A DNA stretch of 64,000 nucleotides, from the NCBI GenBank assembly GCA_021824345.1, contig JAKAKW010000006.1:10257-74256 (forward strand). Reading direction: 5' to 3'. Under the pieces are notes generated by a model that was given only the letters and a program-made list of their open reading frames with translations, did not search any database and was not told where the DNA came from. The position numbers were made by a program, and so were the translations under genes. This document shows, one piece after another, positions 29,106-40,300 of the stretch. Every line of letters begins with the position of its first letter. The first letter of the stretch is position 1. Source of the DNA: a bacterium (lineage in GTDB: Bacteria; Patescibacteriota; Minisyncoccia; Phycocordibacterales; UBA9973).

Positions 29106-29497
29106 AAAAAGTTGAATCATACAGCGACATAGCGGAAGCCATTTTGGAAAGCGCCAGAGGAAAAGGAACGGAAGGGGCGCGCAGCGTCGCGCGTTTCCTG
29201 GCCAAAAAAGGCTTGCTTCGAGAGTCGGAAAATATTCTGGCAGAGGCGGAAAAAATAGAGAACAGGAAAGAAGGCAAGGTCCCGGCAAAACTTTTTTCTC
29301 CCCATGCGCCGTCTACGCATTTAAAGCACGAGCTTTCGGAAATGCTCCGCAAGCGATATTCCGCCAAAGAAATTGAATGGCATGAATTTCTTGACCCCGC
29401 CTTGCTCGGAGGATTCAGGATTGAGGCCGAAGGGGAAGTGATAGACGCCACCATAAAAGGAAAAATTAAAAAATTACAAGCATATTTAACAAATTAA
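29102..29497 (+). CDS. atpH: ATP synthase F1 subunit delta (short)
   Basis: [18 protein letters not shown]; operon position. Confidence 0.85.
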   Translation: MKKVESYSDIAEAILESARGKGTEGARSVARFLAKKGLLRESENILAEAEKIENRKEGKVPAKLFSPHAPSTHLKHELSEMLRKRYSAKEIEWHEFLDPALLGGFRIEAEGEVIDATIKGKIKKLQAYLTN

Positions 29498-29501
29498 AAA
29501 G

Positions 29502-31001
29502 ATGAGCACCATCGTAGAAAATTTAAGAAAAGAGATAGAGGGATTCAAGGCGGAACTTCGGGCGGAAAAGGTAGGGCATGTGCTGGAAGTATTTGACGGC
29601 ATCGCTCTCGTTTCGGGACTTTCCGACGTTCGATCCTCGGAAATGATCGAATTTTCCGGCGGAGAAATGGGAGTGGCGCTCAATCTTGAAGAAGACACTG
29701 TGGGGGTGATCATCCTCGGCGATTTTTCCAAAATCAAAGAGGGCGACGAAGTGCGGGGTACGGGCAGAATTTTGGAAGTGCCCGTATCAGAGGCTTTCCT
29801 GGGAAGAACGGTAAATCCGCTTGGAGAGCCGGTGGATGGAAAAGGAACAATTAAATCTGAAAAGGCTTACCCCATTGAACGCATCGCCCCCGGAGTCATT
29901 ACCCGCCAGGGAGTTTCAGAACCGGTGGCCACCGGCATAAAAGTGATAGATGCGATCATACCGATCGGCCGCGGGCAGCGCGAACTTATCATAGGGGATC
30001 GCCAGACGGGCAAAACCGCAATCGCCATAGATACCATATTGAACCAGAAAGGGCAGAACATGATTTGCGTATATGTTTCCATAGGACAAAAAGATTCCAA
30101 ACTGCGAAAGATTGAAAACAGACTGCAGGAAGGAGGAGCCATGGAATACACGGTAATCGTAAAGGCGTCCGCCTCTGAAGCGGCTTCACTGACCTATATT
30201 GCTCCGTATGCCGGAGTTTCCATAGCAGAATATTTCATGGATCAGGGCAAAGATGTACTCATCATTTACGATGACCTTTCCAAGCACGCCGTGGCTTATC
30301 GCGAAATTTCCCTGCTTCTGCGAAGACCGCCCGGCCGCGAGGCGTATCCGGGAGATGTTTTTTATCTTCACTCCAGGCTCTTGGAGCGCGCCTGCCGAAG
30401 GAACAAGGAATACGGAGGAGGTTCCATCACCGCCCTGCCGATAATCGAGACTCAAGCCGGCGACGTTTCCGCTTACATTCCGACCAACGTGATTTCCATC
30501 ACCGACGGACAGATATTCTTGGAGACTGATCTTTTTTATAAAGGCATTCGACCGGCAGTAAACGTCGGACTTTCCGTTTCCCGTGTCGGCTCTTCCGCTC
30601 AGATCAAAGCCATGAAAAAAGTTGCCGGGACTTTGAAATTGGACCTGGCCCAATACCGTGAATTGGAAGCTTTCGCTCAATTCGGTTCCGACCTGGACGA
30701 GGCCACCAAGGTGCAACTGGAAAGGGGAAAACGCTCCATTGAAGTACTAAAACAACCCCAGTATCAGCCGGTTCGCATGGACAGGGAAGTGATCGCCATT
30801 TATGCGCTTTCCAAAGGGTACATGGATGACGTCCCCGTTGAGAAAGTGCGCGAATTCGAAGAAGGATTGCTTGATTATGCGGATACCAACGCCAAAGGCT
30901 TTCTGAAGGAAATTCAGACGGAAAAAATGTGGACCGACAAAGGCGAGGCGGAGCTGAAGCAGGCGATTGAGGAGTATAAAAAAATATTTCTTGCGAAGTA
31001 G
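29502..31001 (+). CDS. atpA: ATP synthase F1 subunit alpha
   Basis: GDRQTGKT and [13 protein letters not shown]. Confidence 0.98.
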   Translation: MSTIVENLRKEIEGFKAELRAEKVGHVLEVFDGIALVSGLSDVRSSEMIEFSGGEMGVALNLEEDTVGVIILGDFSKIKEGDEVRGTGRILEVPVSEAFLGRTVNPLGEPVDGKGTIKSEKAYPIERIAPGVITRQGVSEPVATGIKVIDAIIPIGRGQRELIIGDRQTGKTAIAIDTILNQKGQNMICVYVSIGQKDSKLRKIENRLQEGGAMEYTVIVKASASEAASLTYIAPYAGVSIAEYFMDQGKDVLIIYDDLSKHAVAYREISLLLRRPPGREAYPGDVFYLHSRLLERACRRNKEYGGGSITALPIIETQAGDVSAYIPTNVISITDGQIFLETDLFYKGIRPAVNVGLSVSRVGSSAQIKAMKKVAGTLKLDLAQYRELEAFAQFGSDLDEATKVQLERGKRSIEVLKQPQYQPVRMDREVIAIYALSKGYMDDVPVEKVREFEEGLLDYADTNAKGFLKEIQTEKMWTDKGEAELKQAIEEYKKIFLAK

Positions 31002-31009
31002 GCAGCAGA

Positions 31010-31030
31010 GTGGGAGGCAAGGCCTCCCGC
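31010..31030 (+). repeat. REP-like palindrome family A
   Basis: GTGGGAGGCAAGGCCTCCCGC. Confidence 0.7.
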
Positions 31031-31062
31031 TAAATGAAAATGTGGCATAATAAATAATTCAA

Positions 31063-32007
31063 ATGGCAGGAACAAAAGAGATTAAAAGGAGAATAAAAAG
31101 CATTGGCAACATCAAGAAAATTACAAAAGCGATGGAGCTGGTGGCTGCCGCCAAAATGAAGAAGGCTGTATCCAATGCCCTGGCCTCCCGCCTGTACGCC
31201 GAATATTCTTGGGAGATACTTTCTTCCATCGGACGGAACGTGGAAAACATTGAACACCCGCTTTTCAATGAGCGCGAAGTAAAAAATGTTCTCCTGATAT
31301 TGATTACCTCCAATCGCGGCTTGTGCGGAGCGTACAATGCCCAAGTGGGCAAAAGCGCCGTTGCATTTCTCAAAAACGCGGAAAGCGATTACCCCGGAGC
31401 TTCTTTGAGCCTTATTACAGTGGGAAAGAAAGGGGAAAGCCTTTTTCGCCGGCTCGGCAAAAATATTGTGGCAAGTTTCCCGGATATGCCGGATAACGTA
31501 ACTCTTCGGGACATTCTTCCCATTTCAAGCCTTGTTCTTGAGGAATACGCCAAGGAAAACTACGACCGCGTGGCGGTGGCGTACACTGATTTTGTGTCTC
31601 CCTTGGTTCAACGGCCAAACATAAAACAAATTGCGCCCGTTTCCAGAAAAGAGCTCAAGGAACTGCTTCAAACTATCGGCGAAGAGAAAAGCAAGATAAA
31701 GTTGCATAACGGCAACGGTAACGGCGAGGCAAAGGCTTCTGTCCAAAAAACGGACTACCTTTTTGAAGGAGATCAGAATGCGCTTATAAGCTCCCTGGCG
31801 GAAAAGCTTCTGCGCATGCAGGTTTACCAAGTGATGCTTGAGTCCAGAGCTTCGGAACAGTCGGCCAGAATGGTGGCAATGAAAAACGCAACCGACGCGG
31901 CCGGAGAAATGATTGAAGATTTCACTTTGGTGTTCAACAAAGCCCGCCAGGCCGGAATTACCCGCGAGATTTCAGAAATATCCGCGGGCATGGCCAGCGT
32001 AAATTAA
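31063..32007 (+). CDS. atpG: ATP synthase F1 subunit gamma
   Basis: KITKAMELVAAAK, RGLCGAYN and NKARQAGITREI. Confidence 0.97.
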   Translation: MAGTKEIKRRIKSIGNIKKITKAMELVAAAKMKKAVSNALASRLYAEYSWEILSSIGRNVENIEHPLFNEREVKNVLLILITSNRGLCGAYNAQVGKSAVAFLKNAESDYPGASLSLITVGKKGESLFRRLGKNIVASFPDMPDNVTLRDILPISSLVLEEYAKENYDRVAVAYTDFVSPLVQRPNIKQIAPVSRKELKELLQTIGEEKSKIKLHNGNGNGEAKASVQKTDYLFEGDQNALISSLAEKLLRMQVYQVMLESRASEQSARMVAMKNATDAAGEMIEDFTLVFNKARQAGITREISEISAGMASVN

Positions 32008-32026
32008 CAGAATTAATTATTAGTAA

Positions 32027-33397
<1,371 letters not shown>

Positions 33398-33404
33398 AAT
33401 TCTT

Positions 33405-33523
33405 TTTGGGGTCTGCGACATTCTTCTCTCCGGGCACGGGATTTTCCCTGCTGGGAAAATCCCTGAAGTTCTCGCGCCGTCGCGCTCGAAACCCCCTCCG
33501 ATAAGAATGTCGCAGACCCCAAA
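33405..33523. repeat. Fold-back element with 21-bp perfect terminal inverted repeats
   Basis: TTTGGGGTCTGCGACATTCTT pairs with AAGAATGTCGCAGACCCCAAA; inner GGGATTTTCCC-TGCT-GGGAAAATCCC hairpin. Confidence 0.8.
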
Positions 33524-33543
33524 CGAGTTTTCAATTAAATATT

Positions 33544-33987
33544 ATGAAAAAGTTAAAACTAAAAGTCATCACTCCTGAAAAACTGATTCTTGAGGAAGAG
33601 GTTGATCAGGTAAGTTTGCCCACCACCATGGGAGAAATTACCGTTTTGCCTGATCACGTTCCGCTTATCGCGAATCTCGCTTCGGGAGACATCGTGGCCG
33701 TGTCCGGCGGCGAGCACGTACCTATGGCCGTGGCCGGAGGATTTATTGAAGTAAAGAAAGGCGAAAGCGGAGAAACAAACGTGGCCGTTTTGGCCGATTT
33801 TGCCGAGCAAGTTGCGGAATTGACAGAGGAAGCCGTTGAAAAGGCAAAGGCTCGAGCCGAGGACTTGCGGAAAAAAATGGAGAACAAGGAAACTGTAGAC
33901 TTTGAACACTTCACCGCCGAGCTTGAAAAAACTCTCACTCGCATAAAAATCGCCGACAAGTGGCGGACCAGAAAATATAGAAAGTAG
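33544..33987 (+). CDS. atpC: ATP synthase F1 subunit epsilon
   Basis: VITPEK, GEITVLPDHVPL and GGFIEV. Confidence 0.95.
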   Translation: MKKLKLKVITPEKLILEEEVDQVSLPTTMGEITVLPDHVPLIANLASGDIVAVSGGEHVPMAVAGGFIEVKKGESGETNVAVLADFAEQVAELTEEAVEKAKARAEDLRKKMENKETVDFEHFTAELEKTLTRIKIADKWRTRKYRK

Positions 33988-33988
33988 A

Positions 33989-34684
33989 ATGTCGAAATTT
34001 TACGTTATAGCGACGCCGATAGGGAATCTGGGAGATATCACATATCGGGCGATTGAAACGCTCAAAAGCGTGGATTTGGTGCTTTGCGAGGATACGAGGG
34101 TTACCAAGAAACTTTTAGATAGATACGGCATAAAAGTGCCGACTATGAGCTATCACGCTCAGAGCAAGCTTTCCAAGACGGAAAAGATTTTTGAATTGCT
34201 TGGTGATGAAAAAAACTTGGCATTAGTATCAGATGCCGGTACGCCCGGGATTTCGGACCCGGGGGTTTTGCTTGTTTCAAAAATAAAGGAAAAGTTTGGC
34301 GGGGAATCTGAAGGCTCCGGCGAAGAGGTGCAGATAATTCCAATACCCGGCGCAACCGCGTTCGTTACGGCACTTTCGGCTTCAGGATTGCCCACCCATG
34401 AATTCACATTCCTGGGTTTTTTGCCGCATAAAAAAGGAAGGGAGACATTGTTCAAAGAGATTGCGGAAGCGAAGCGAACAATGGTATTTTACGAATCTCC
34501 GCACCGCATTATGAAAACATTGGAATCTTTGCAAAAATTCTGCCCGGATAAAAAGGTGTGCCTTGCCCGCGAGCTCACAAAAATTTATGAAGAATTCAAA
34601 ACCGGCTCGCCTGCGGAAATTTTCGAGTATCTAAAAAATAATTCTGAAAAGCAAAGGGGAGAATTTACCATCATTGTAGCTTGA
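33989..34684 (+). CDS. rsmI: 16S rRNA C1402 2'-O-methyltransferase
   Basis: ATPIGNLGD, CEDTR, SDAGTPGISDPG and YESPHR. Confidence 0.96.
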   Translation: MSKFYVIATPIGNLGDITYRAIETLKSVDLVLCEDTRVTKKLLDRYGIKVPTMSYHAQSKLSKTEKIFELLGDEKNLALVSDAGTPGISDPGVLLVSKIKEKFGGESEGSGEEVQIIPIPGATAFVTALSASGLPTHEFTFLGFLPHKKGRETLFKEIAEAKRTMVFYESPHRIMKTLESLQKFCPDKKVCLARELTKIYEEFKTGSPAEIFEYLKNNSEKQRGEFTIIVA

Positions 34685-34691
34685 TGTCTGG

Positions 34692-34712
34692 GGCGGAGGG
34701 TAATCCTCCGCC
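34692..34712. repeat. REP-like family B
   Basis: GGCGGAGGGTAATCCTCCGCC between convergent genes. Confidence 0.65.
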
Positions 34713-34730
34713 GTTCGCGTTTTTTGTCAA

Positions 34731-36722
34731 TTAAAGCAAATCCTCCGGGTCAACATTGACGGTATAGTCCGGCGGAAGAGCGAGCAAGCGGAAAAGCAGG
34801 CCTTGATCCAGCGTCGCGTTTGGCACTAGCTCCGGCAAAGACCAGCTTTCAGGGCGCAATTTTATGAGCGCATTTGTCATATACTTGTCCTTCACTTTTG
34901 GCACGAATCCGCTGAAAATTTCCGGTTGGTATCCCAGGAAAGTGTCACCCAAAATTTTTCTGGCGTCGGCAGTTTTCCTCTTGTCCCCGGCATAGCTTAC
35001 CTTGATGAATCTTCGATACGGCGGATATCCCAGGTTCATGCGTTCGTCAAGCTCGTTGCGCACGAATTCCGCCAGGTTGTCGCTTCGCACAGCTCGCATC
35101 TCCGGGGAATCTTCGTTTTTTGTTTCTATGATCAATGTTTTTTCTGTTTTGGACATTATCGATACCAAAAGCTGGATGATTTTTTCGCTCATTCTGAAGT
35201 TCGGGATGCTCCATAAGGAATCAAATGAGGCGATGATGGACGCCGGCACCGAATTGTTCAGGTAGAAAAGCGCTAGTTCTGTTCCGACGAGTATGGCTCC
35301 CTTGCTCTCCTCAAATTCCTTCGCAGTTTTTTCCGCCTGCTTGCCCGTTTTTACCGTTTCCCTGTCCAGCTTGAATATTTTTACCCGTTTCTTCTTTCCC
35401 CCGAAAATATTGCGGAGTTCTTCTTCCACAGTATCTGTCCCGATGCCGAGCGGCGCCAGATTCCATCCACCGCAATTCGGACATACTGTATCCGGGCTCT
35501 TTTCGCTCCGGCAGCGATTGCATACAAACATTCGCTTGTTTCCGCTTTTTGAAACGTACAGTACCACCGGAGAAAGGCAGTGATCGCAAGAAAGGGATTC
35601 ACCGCAGTCCCGGCAGACGGTAAATGTGGCCAAGCCTTTTCTCAGGGAAAAAACGAAGACATTTTTTCCATGTTCAACGGACTCTTTTATTTGTCTGACG
35701 CTTCTATCCGAAAGGATTCTGAATTTTGCGCCCGCCGCCGCGCCTGATGAATTTTCTTCTGTATCGGCGCCATCCTTCCTTTCGCCCCTTTGGGAAATGA
35801 CCAAATCTCCTTCAAAATTTGTGCGAAAAGACAAGGGGCGGATTTCCGTCCAGCCGGTAACCTCCTTCTTTGCGATGCTTTCAAATCGAAGCATGGAATC
35901 TCCCAAAATGAATTTGGCCCCGGCTTTTCCCGCGAATATTTCGGCAAATATGCGCATATCTAGATAGGGTCTTGCCAGAGTTTTGTAAGCCGTACTGTTT
36001 TCATGTTCCACCACAATTGCGCCTAGGCGCGGAATGGGCACGGACAAATATGGTGCTGTGCCGAAAATCAAAAGGGGATGGCTTGAGGAAACAATTTTTT
36101 CGTAATTTTCCAGCAATTTTTTCGGCTTTGCTCCTCCGTGCATGGAAAAGGAGAATTTCTCAATGCCGCGCGAAAGGAAAGAAGAAAAAATTTCAATGTC
36201 CCGCTCTGTGGGCAAGCAGATAAAAACAGACTTCTTTTCGGCAAAGGAGCTCCGCACCATATTCTTGTAAAAGGAAATCCTGTCATCAAACGGCGCCTGG
36301 AATATCATTTTTTCCGGCCGGATATTTTGAGAACTATCCGGCTTGTCGGCGTTTTCGGGACTTTTCCCGATTTTTGCCAAGGCATCGTAGTTTTCCCGAA
36401 AAATGGCTGGAAGAAGAGCGGCCGCAACGGAACTTTTGCGCGAAGCGAAGTATTCGGCAGATCGAAAAACGGCATTTAAAAATTCTTCCCGCCACACCGA
36501 GGGTCCCTTGTCTTCGGTTATTTTTTTCAGATTGAATGCCGCCCCCTTCAGGCCCGCTTTCAGAATACTTGCCTCCTCTACGGATACTGCCAGGCTCAGA
36601 GCCTTCTTGCCTCTTATGGGCGTTTCAACGATATTCCCGACCGCGATATTTTTTGAGGTGAAATATGTCAAATCGTCCCGGAACATGCCTTTTTTGAGCG
36701 GAATTACGGTGACGATTTTCAT
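34731..36722 (-). CDS. priA: Primosomal protein N' (helicase motifs degenerate)
   Basis: 3'-DNA-binding domain, four CxxC pairs, GIGT and YPP; Walker A and DExH are not recognisable. Confidence 0.85.
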   Translation of the reverse strand: MKIVTVIPLKKGMFRDDLTYFTSKNIAVGNIVETPIRGKKALSLAVSVEEASILKAGLKGAAFNLKKITEDKGPSVWREEFLNAVFRSAEYFASRKSSVAAALLPAIFRENYDALAKIGKSPENADKPDSSQNIRPEKMIFQAPFDDRISFYKNMVRSSFAEKKSVFICLPTERDIEIFSSFLSRGIEKFSFSMHGGAKPKKLLENYEKIVSSSHPLLIFGTAPYLSVPIPRLGAIVVEHENSTAYKTLARPYLDMRIFAEIFAGKAGAKFILGDSMLRFESIAKKEVTGWTEIRPLSFRTNFEGDLVISQRGERKDGADTEENSSGAAAGAKFRILSDRSVRQIKESVEHGKNVFVFSLRKGLATFTVCRDCGESLSCDHCLSPVVLYVSKSGNKRMFVCNRCRSEKSPDTVCPNCGGWNLAPLGIGTDTVEEELRNIFGGKKKRVKIFKLDRETVKTGKQAEKTAKEFEESKGAILVGTELALFYLNNSVPASIIASFDSLWSIPNFRMSEKIIQLLVSIMSKTEKTLIIETKNEDSPEMRAVRSDNLAEFVRNELDERMNLGYPPYRRFIKVSYAGDKRKTADARKILGDTFLGYQPEIFSGFVPKVKDKYMTNALIKLRPESWSLPELVPNATLDQGLLFRLLALPPDYTVNVDPEDLL

Positions 36723-36759
36723 GCTTTTATTTTAACACATTTGTGCTATATTACTTCCG

Positions 36760-37773
36760 ATGGGAATTTTTTCCAGAAAATTGGGAATTGATCTCGGCAC
36801 AGCCAACACGCTGGTTTTTTTGCCGGGAAAGGGGATAGTGCTCAATGAGCCCTCGGTGGTCGCCGTATCGGAGCAAGGAAACAAGATTTTGGCCATAGGA
36901 GTGGAAGCCAAGGACATGATAGGCAAGACGCCGGAGGCCATTATCACTTACCGGCCCATGAAGGACGGAGTTATCGCCGATTACAGGGTAACCCAGGCCA
37001 TGCTCCACTATTTCATCAATAAATCTCTCGGGAAATTCAATTTAATGAAGCCGGACGTGATGGTTTCAGTGCCCGCCGGAGTAACTTCCACGGAGCGCAG
37101 GGCGGTGGTTGAAGCGGCCATCAGAGCGGGAGCAAGAAACGCCTACGTGGTAAAAGAGCCGATTCTGGCCGCCATAGGTGCGGGTATTCCAATTTACGAA
37201 TCAAAAGGATACATGGTGGTGGACATTGGCGGGGGTACCACGGATGTGGCGGTCATATCCCTGGGAGGAATCGTGTCCTCTACGTCTGTAAAATGCGCTG
37301 GCAACAAGATTGACCAAGCTATTGCCGATTACATAAAGAAAACTTTCAATCTTGCCATAGGCGAACGCACTGCGGAAGAAGTGAAGATTAAAATAGGCGC
37401 GGCTGTTCCCCTTGAAGAAGAACTGCGGGTCACAATCAAAGGCCGAGATTTCATTCAAGGACTTCCGCGTTCCGCCCAAGTCGGCACCAATGAAATAGTG
37501 AAAGCGATTGACGTGGAACTCCGACAGATCATCAAGGCCATCAAGGACGTTTTGGCTGAAACACCGCCCGAATTGGCATCGGACATCATGGACTACGGCA
37601 TAATTATGACCGGAGGATCATCTCAGTTGCGGAACCTTACCGATCTCGTCTACAGGCGCACCGGGGTAAAGGCCTCCTTGGCCGAAGACCCGCTTTTCTG
37701 CGTGGCAAAGGGCACCGGCATCGCCTTGGAGCATCTGGATGTTTACAAGAAGGCAATCTTGAGCAAAAAATGA
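36760..37773 (+). CDS. mreB: Rod shape-determining protein MreB
   Basis: GIDLGTANT and DIGGGTTD. Confidence 0.97.
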   Translation: MGIFSRKLGIDLGTANTLVFLPGKGIVLNEPSVVAVSEQGNKILAIGVEAKDMIGKTPEAIITYRPMKDGVIADYRVTQAMLHYFINKSLGKFNLMKPDVMVSVPAGVTSTERRAVVEAAIRAGARNAYVVKEPILAAIGAGIPIYESKGYMVVDIGGGTTDVAVISLGGIVSSTSVKCAGNKIDQAIADYIKKTFNLAIGERTAEEVKIKIGAAVPLEEELRVTIKGRDFIQGLPRSAQVGTNEIVKAIDVELRQIIKAIKDVLAETPPELASDIMDYGIIMTGGSSQLRNLTDLVYRRTGVKASLAEDPLFCVAKGTGIALEHLDVYKKAILSKK

Positions 37774-38480
37774 GCATCAGGGATAACCTGGACAAAGAGA
37801 ATTTGCACCACGCGTACCTCATTGAAGGCGGAAAGGAAGAAGCGTCGGTTGAAATATTGGAATGGCTGGAGGAAGCAGGAATCGAAACCAGGGGCAATCC
37901 GGACTTTGTTCGCATCTCCTTGGACAGCCTAAAAATTGAAGACGCATTTAATCTGCGAGAAATGGCGTCCGAGAAAAGCTTCTCGGGAGGAAAAAAAATT
38001 TTTTTGCTCTCCGTCAATTCCATTACCGGAGATGCGCAAGGAATACTGCTCAAAGCCTTTGAAGACCCGGCTGCGGACACCCACTTTTTTATGATCGTGC
38101 CGGATGCTTCGGCGCTGTTTCCGACCCTGCTTTCAAGGTTTTACGTAATTTCAGGAAGAGAAAACGGAAGTTCTTCCCTGGGTAATGCGGAAAAAAAAGA
38201 GGCAGAGGAATTTTTGGCCATGCGCCCCGCCCAAAGGATAGATTTTTTGAAGGAATTTTTAAAGGAAGAGGATAACGAGGACGAGGAATCTGCCGATTCT
38301 TCCCGAGCGCGCGCCGGCAGGTTTTTGAATGTTCTTGAGACGGTGCTTCATAAAAAACTCAGTCCGGAAACGGCGCCGGTCTTTGAACGCATATTCAGCG
38401 TCAGGCAATATCTGCGCATGCCGGGATCTTCGGTAAAAAATCTTATGGAATCCGTAGCCTTGGCTATACCAAAACAGTGA
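37770..38480 (+). CDS. holB: DNA polymerase III delta' -like protein
   Basis: HAYLI, AQGILLKAFEDP and PTLLSR. Confidence 0.75.
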   Translation: MSIRDNLDKENLHHAYLIEGGKEEASVEILEWLEEAGIETRGNPDFVRISLDSLKIEDAFNLREMASEKSFSGGKKIFLLSVNSITGDAQGILLKAFEDPAADTHFFMIVPDASALFPTLLSRFYVISGRENGSSSLGNAEKKEAEEFLAMRPAQRIDFLKEFLKEEDNEDEESADSSRARAGRFLNVLETVLHKKLSPETAPVFERIFSVRQYLRMPGSSVKNLMESVALAIPKQ

Positions 38481-38503
38481 TTTTTCTGGTACAATAGGGC
38501 TAT

Positions 38504-39055
38504 ATGCAATACAATTTTTCATCCTTTAAGGAAAAGCTTAAAAAAGTTGAAGAGTTTCTGGCGAAAGAATATCGCGAGCTTAATATCGGCCGGGCGTCTC
38601 CGGCGGTGCTGGACGGCGTCTTTATTAATTCATATGGATCCAAAGTTCCGCTTAAAAATTCCGCTTCCATAGCCATCGAGAATCCAAAAACCCTGCGGGT
38701 TATTCCCTGGGACAAAAACCAGATTAAAGACATTGAAAAAGCCATAGTTGCTTCCAATCTCGGTCTCTCAACGGCGGCGGACGATGCGGGTATTCGTATA
38801 ATTTTCCCTCAGCTGACTTCCGAGAGCCGGGAAAAACTGATTAAGGTGCTGAAAGAAAAGCTGGAAGAGGCGCGCATAACAGCCAGGCGAGAACGTGAAG
38901 AAGTATGGGACGACATTCAAAAAATGGAAAAAGAAGGAAAACTTACCGAGGACGAGAAATTCAAAGCAAAAGACGATTTACAAGAACTTATGGACGAGAC
39001 AAACAGTAAATTGGAGGAAATTTTCGCAAAAAAAGAAAAAGAAGCTAGAGGATGA
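38504..39055 (+). CDS. frr: Ribosome recycling factor
   Basis: GRASP, IPWD and FPQLTSESR. Confidence 0.96.
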   Translation: MQYNFSSFKEKLKKVEEFLAKEYRELNIGRASPAVLDGVFINSYGSKVPLKNSASIAIENPKTLRVIPWDKNQIKDIEKAIVASNLGLSTAADDAGIRIIFPQLTSESREKLIKVLKEKLEEARITARREREEVWDDIQKMEKEGKLTEDEKFKAKDDLQELMDETNSKLEEIFAKKEKEARG

Positions 39056-39061
39056 TAGAAA

Positions 39062-40177
39062 ATGAGCGTAATAATATTTTTTATCATACTAATAGTCCTT
39101 GTCCTTGCCCACGAATTCGGGCATTTTTCCGCCGCTAAGGGATTCGGCATCCGGGTGGACGAATTCGGATTCGGTTTTCCGCCGAAGCTTTTCGGCAAAA
39201 AATTCAAGGGCGGGGAGACGGAATATTCAGTCAACCTTCTTCCATTCGGCGGATTCGTAAAGATATACGGGGAGAATCCGGACGAAGAAAATACCAGCGG
39301 CCCCGACGGCGCTCGAAGCATGGTAAACAAGCCGAAGTGGAAACAGGCCATAGTGCTTTTTGCCGGCGTGTTTGCAAACTTTGCCCTTGCCTGGCTCCTT
39401 TTTTCCATTTGTCTTATGTCCGGCCTGCCCGCCTCGGCCGGCAGCGCGCCGGACGGATACAAGCTGAGCGATTCCTCACTGGTGGTCATGTCAGTACTTC
39501 CAGGTTCTCCTGCAGAAAAGGCCGGGTTGGCCCAGGGAGACAAAATACTTTCTCTCAAAAGCGATCTTCCTTACGGACGGACAGACGTGCTGTCTGAAGT
39601 CAGCCCTGAAGGTTTGAAAGCTTTCATTATTTCCCACAAAGATGACCAGATTAAGATCGGTTACACCAACGAAGGCGTTTTAAAAGAGGTTACCGTAACT
39701 CCGGCACCGGATATTGTGGGAGGAAATCCGGGAATCGGCATAAGCATGGATGAGATAGGAGTGATAAAGCTTCCTTTTTTTCCGGCGCTATGGGCCGGGC
39801 TTAGGCTTGATTGGAGCACCGCTTCTGCCACAGCCGTCGGCCTTTATAATCTGATTGCAAATAGCATAGCCGGACACGGCAATTTTTCTTCGGTGGCCGG
39901 GCCGGTCGGGCTGGTGAATATAGTGGGGGAAGCTTATCGTTTCGGCTTTGTGTACTTATTGTCCTTCACCGCCCTTATTTCCGTGAATCTGGCAATTATA
40001 AACCTCGCGCCTTTTCCCGCCTTGGACGGAGGACGCTTGCTGTTCCTTTTGGTTGAAAAGATAAAAGGCTCAAGATTGAATCCTAAATTCGCCAATGCGG
40101 CCAATATGATCGGCTTTGCTCTGATCATTATATTGATGCTGGTAGTGACATATCACGACATAGTTCGCTTAATGTAA
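39062..40177 (+). CDS. rseP: Site-2 intramembrane metalloprotease RseP
   Basis: HEFGH, PDZ domain and NLAPFPALDGG. Confidence 0.94.
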   Translation: MSVIIFFIILIVLVLAHEFGHFSAAKGFGIRVDEFGFGFPPKLFGKKFKGGETEYSVNLLPFGGFVKIYGENPDEENTSGPDGARSMVNKPKWKQAIVLFAGVFANFALAWLLFSICLMSGLPASAGSAPDGYKLSDSSLVVMSVLPGSPAEKAGLAQGDKILSLKSDLPYGRTDVLSEVSPEGLKAFIISHKDDQIKIGYTNEGVLKEVTVTPAPDIVGGNPGIGISMDEIGVIKLPFFPALWAGLRLDWSTASATAVGLYNLIANSIAGHGNFSSVAGPVGLVNIVGEAYRFGFVYLLSFTALISVNLAIINLAPFPALDGGRLLFLLVEKIKGSRLNPKFANAANMIGFALIIILMLVVTYHDIVRLM

Positions 40178-40210
40178 GCCGAGGAGACAGGGTTTGAAGC
40201 ACTGAGTAGT

Positions 40211-40266
40211 GGGCGGAGGGTTGCCCCTGCCTGCCGGCAGGCAAGGCTGACAGGCAGGCTCTGCCC
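40211..40266 (+). repeat. REP-like family B with doubly nested CCTGCCTGCCGGCAGGCA
   Basis: GGGCGGAGGGTTGCC[...]CTCTGCCC. Confidence 0.65.
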
Positions 40267-40300
40267 TAGATTTTTTCGATGGGCGTGGTACTATTTAAAC

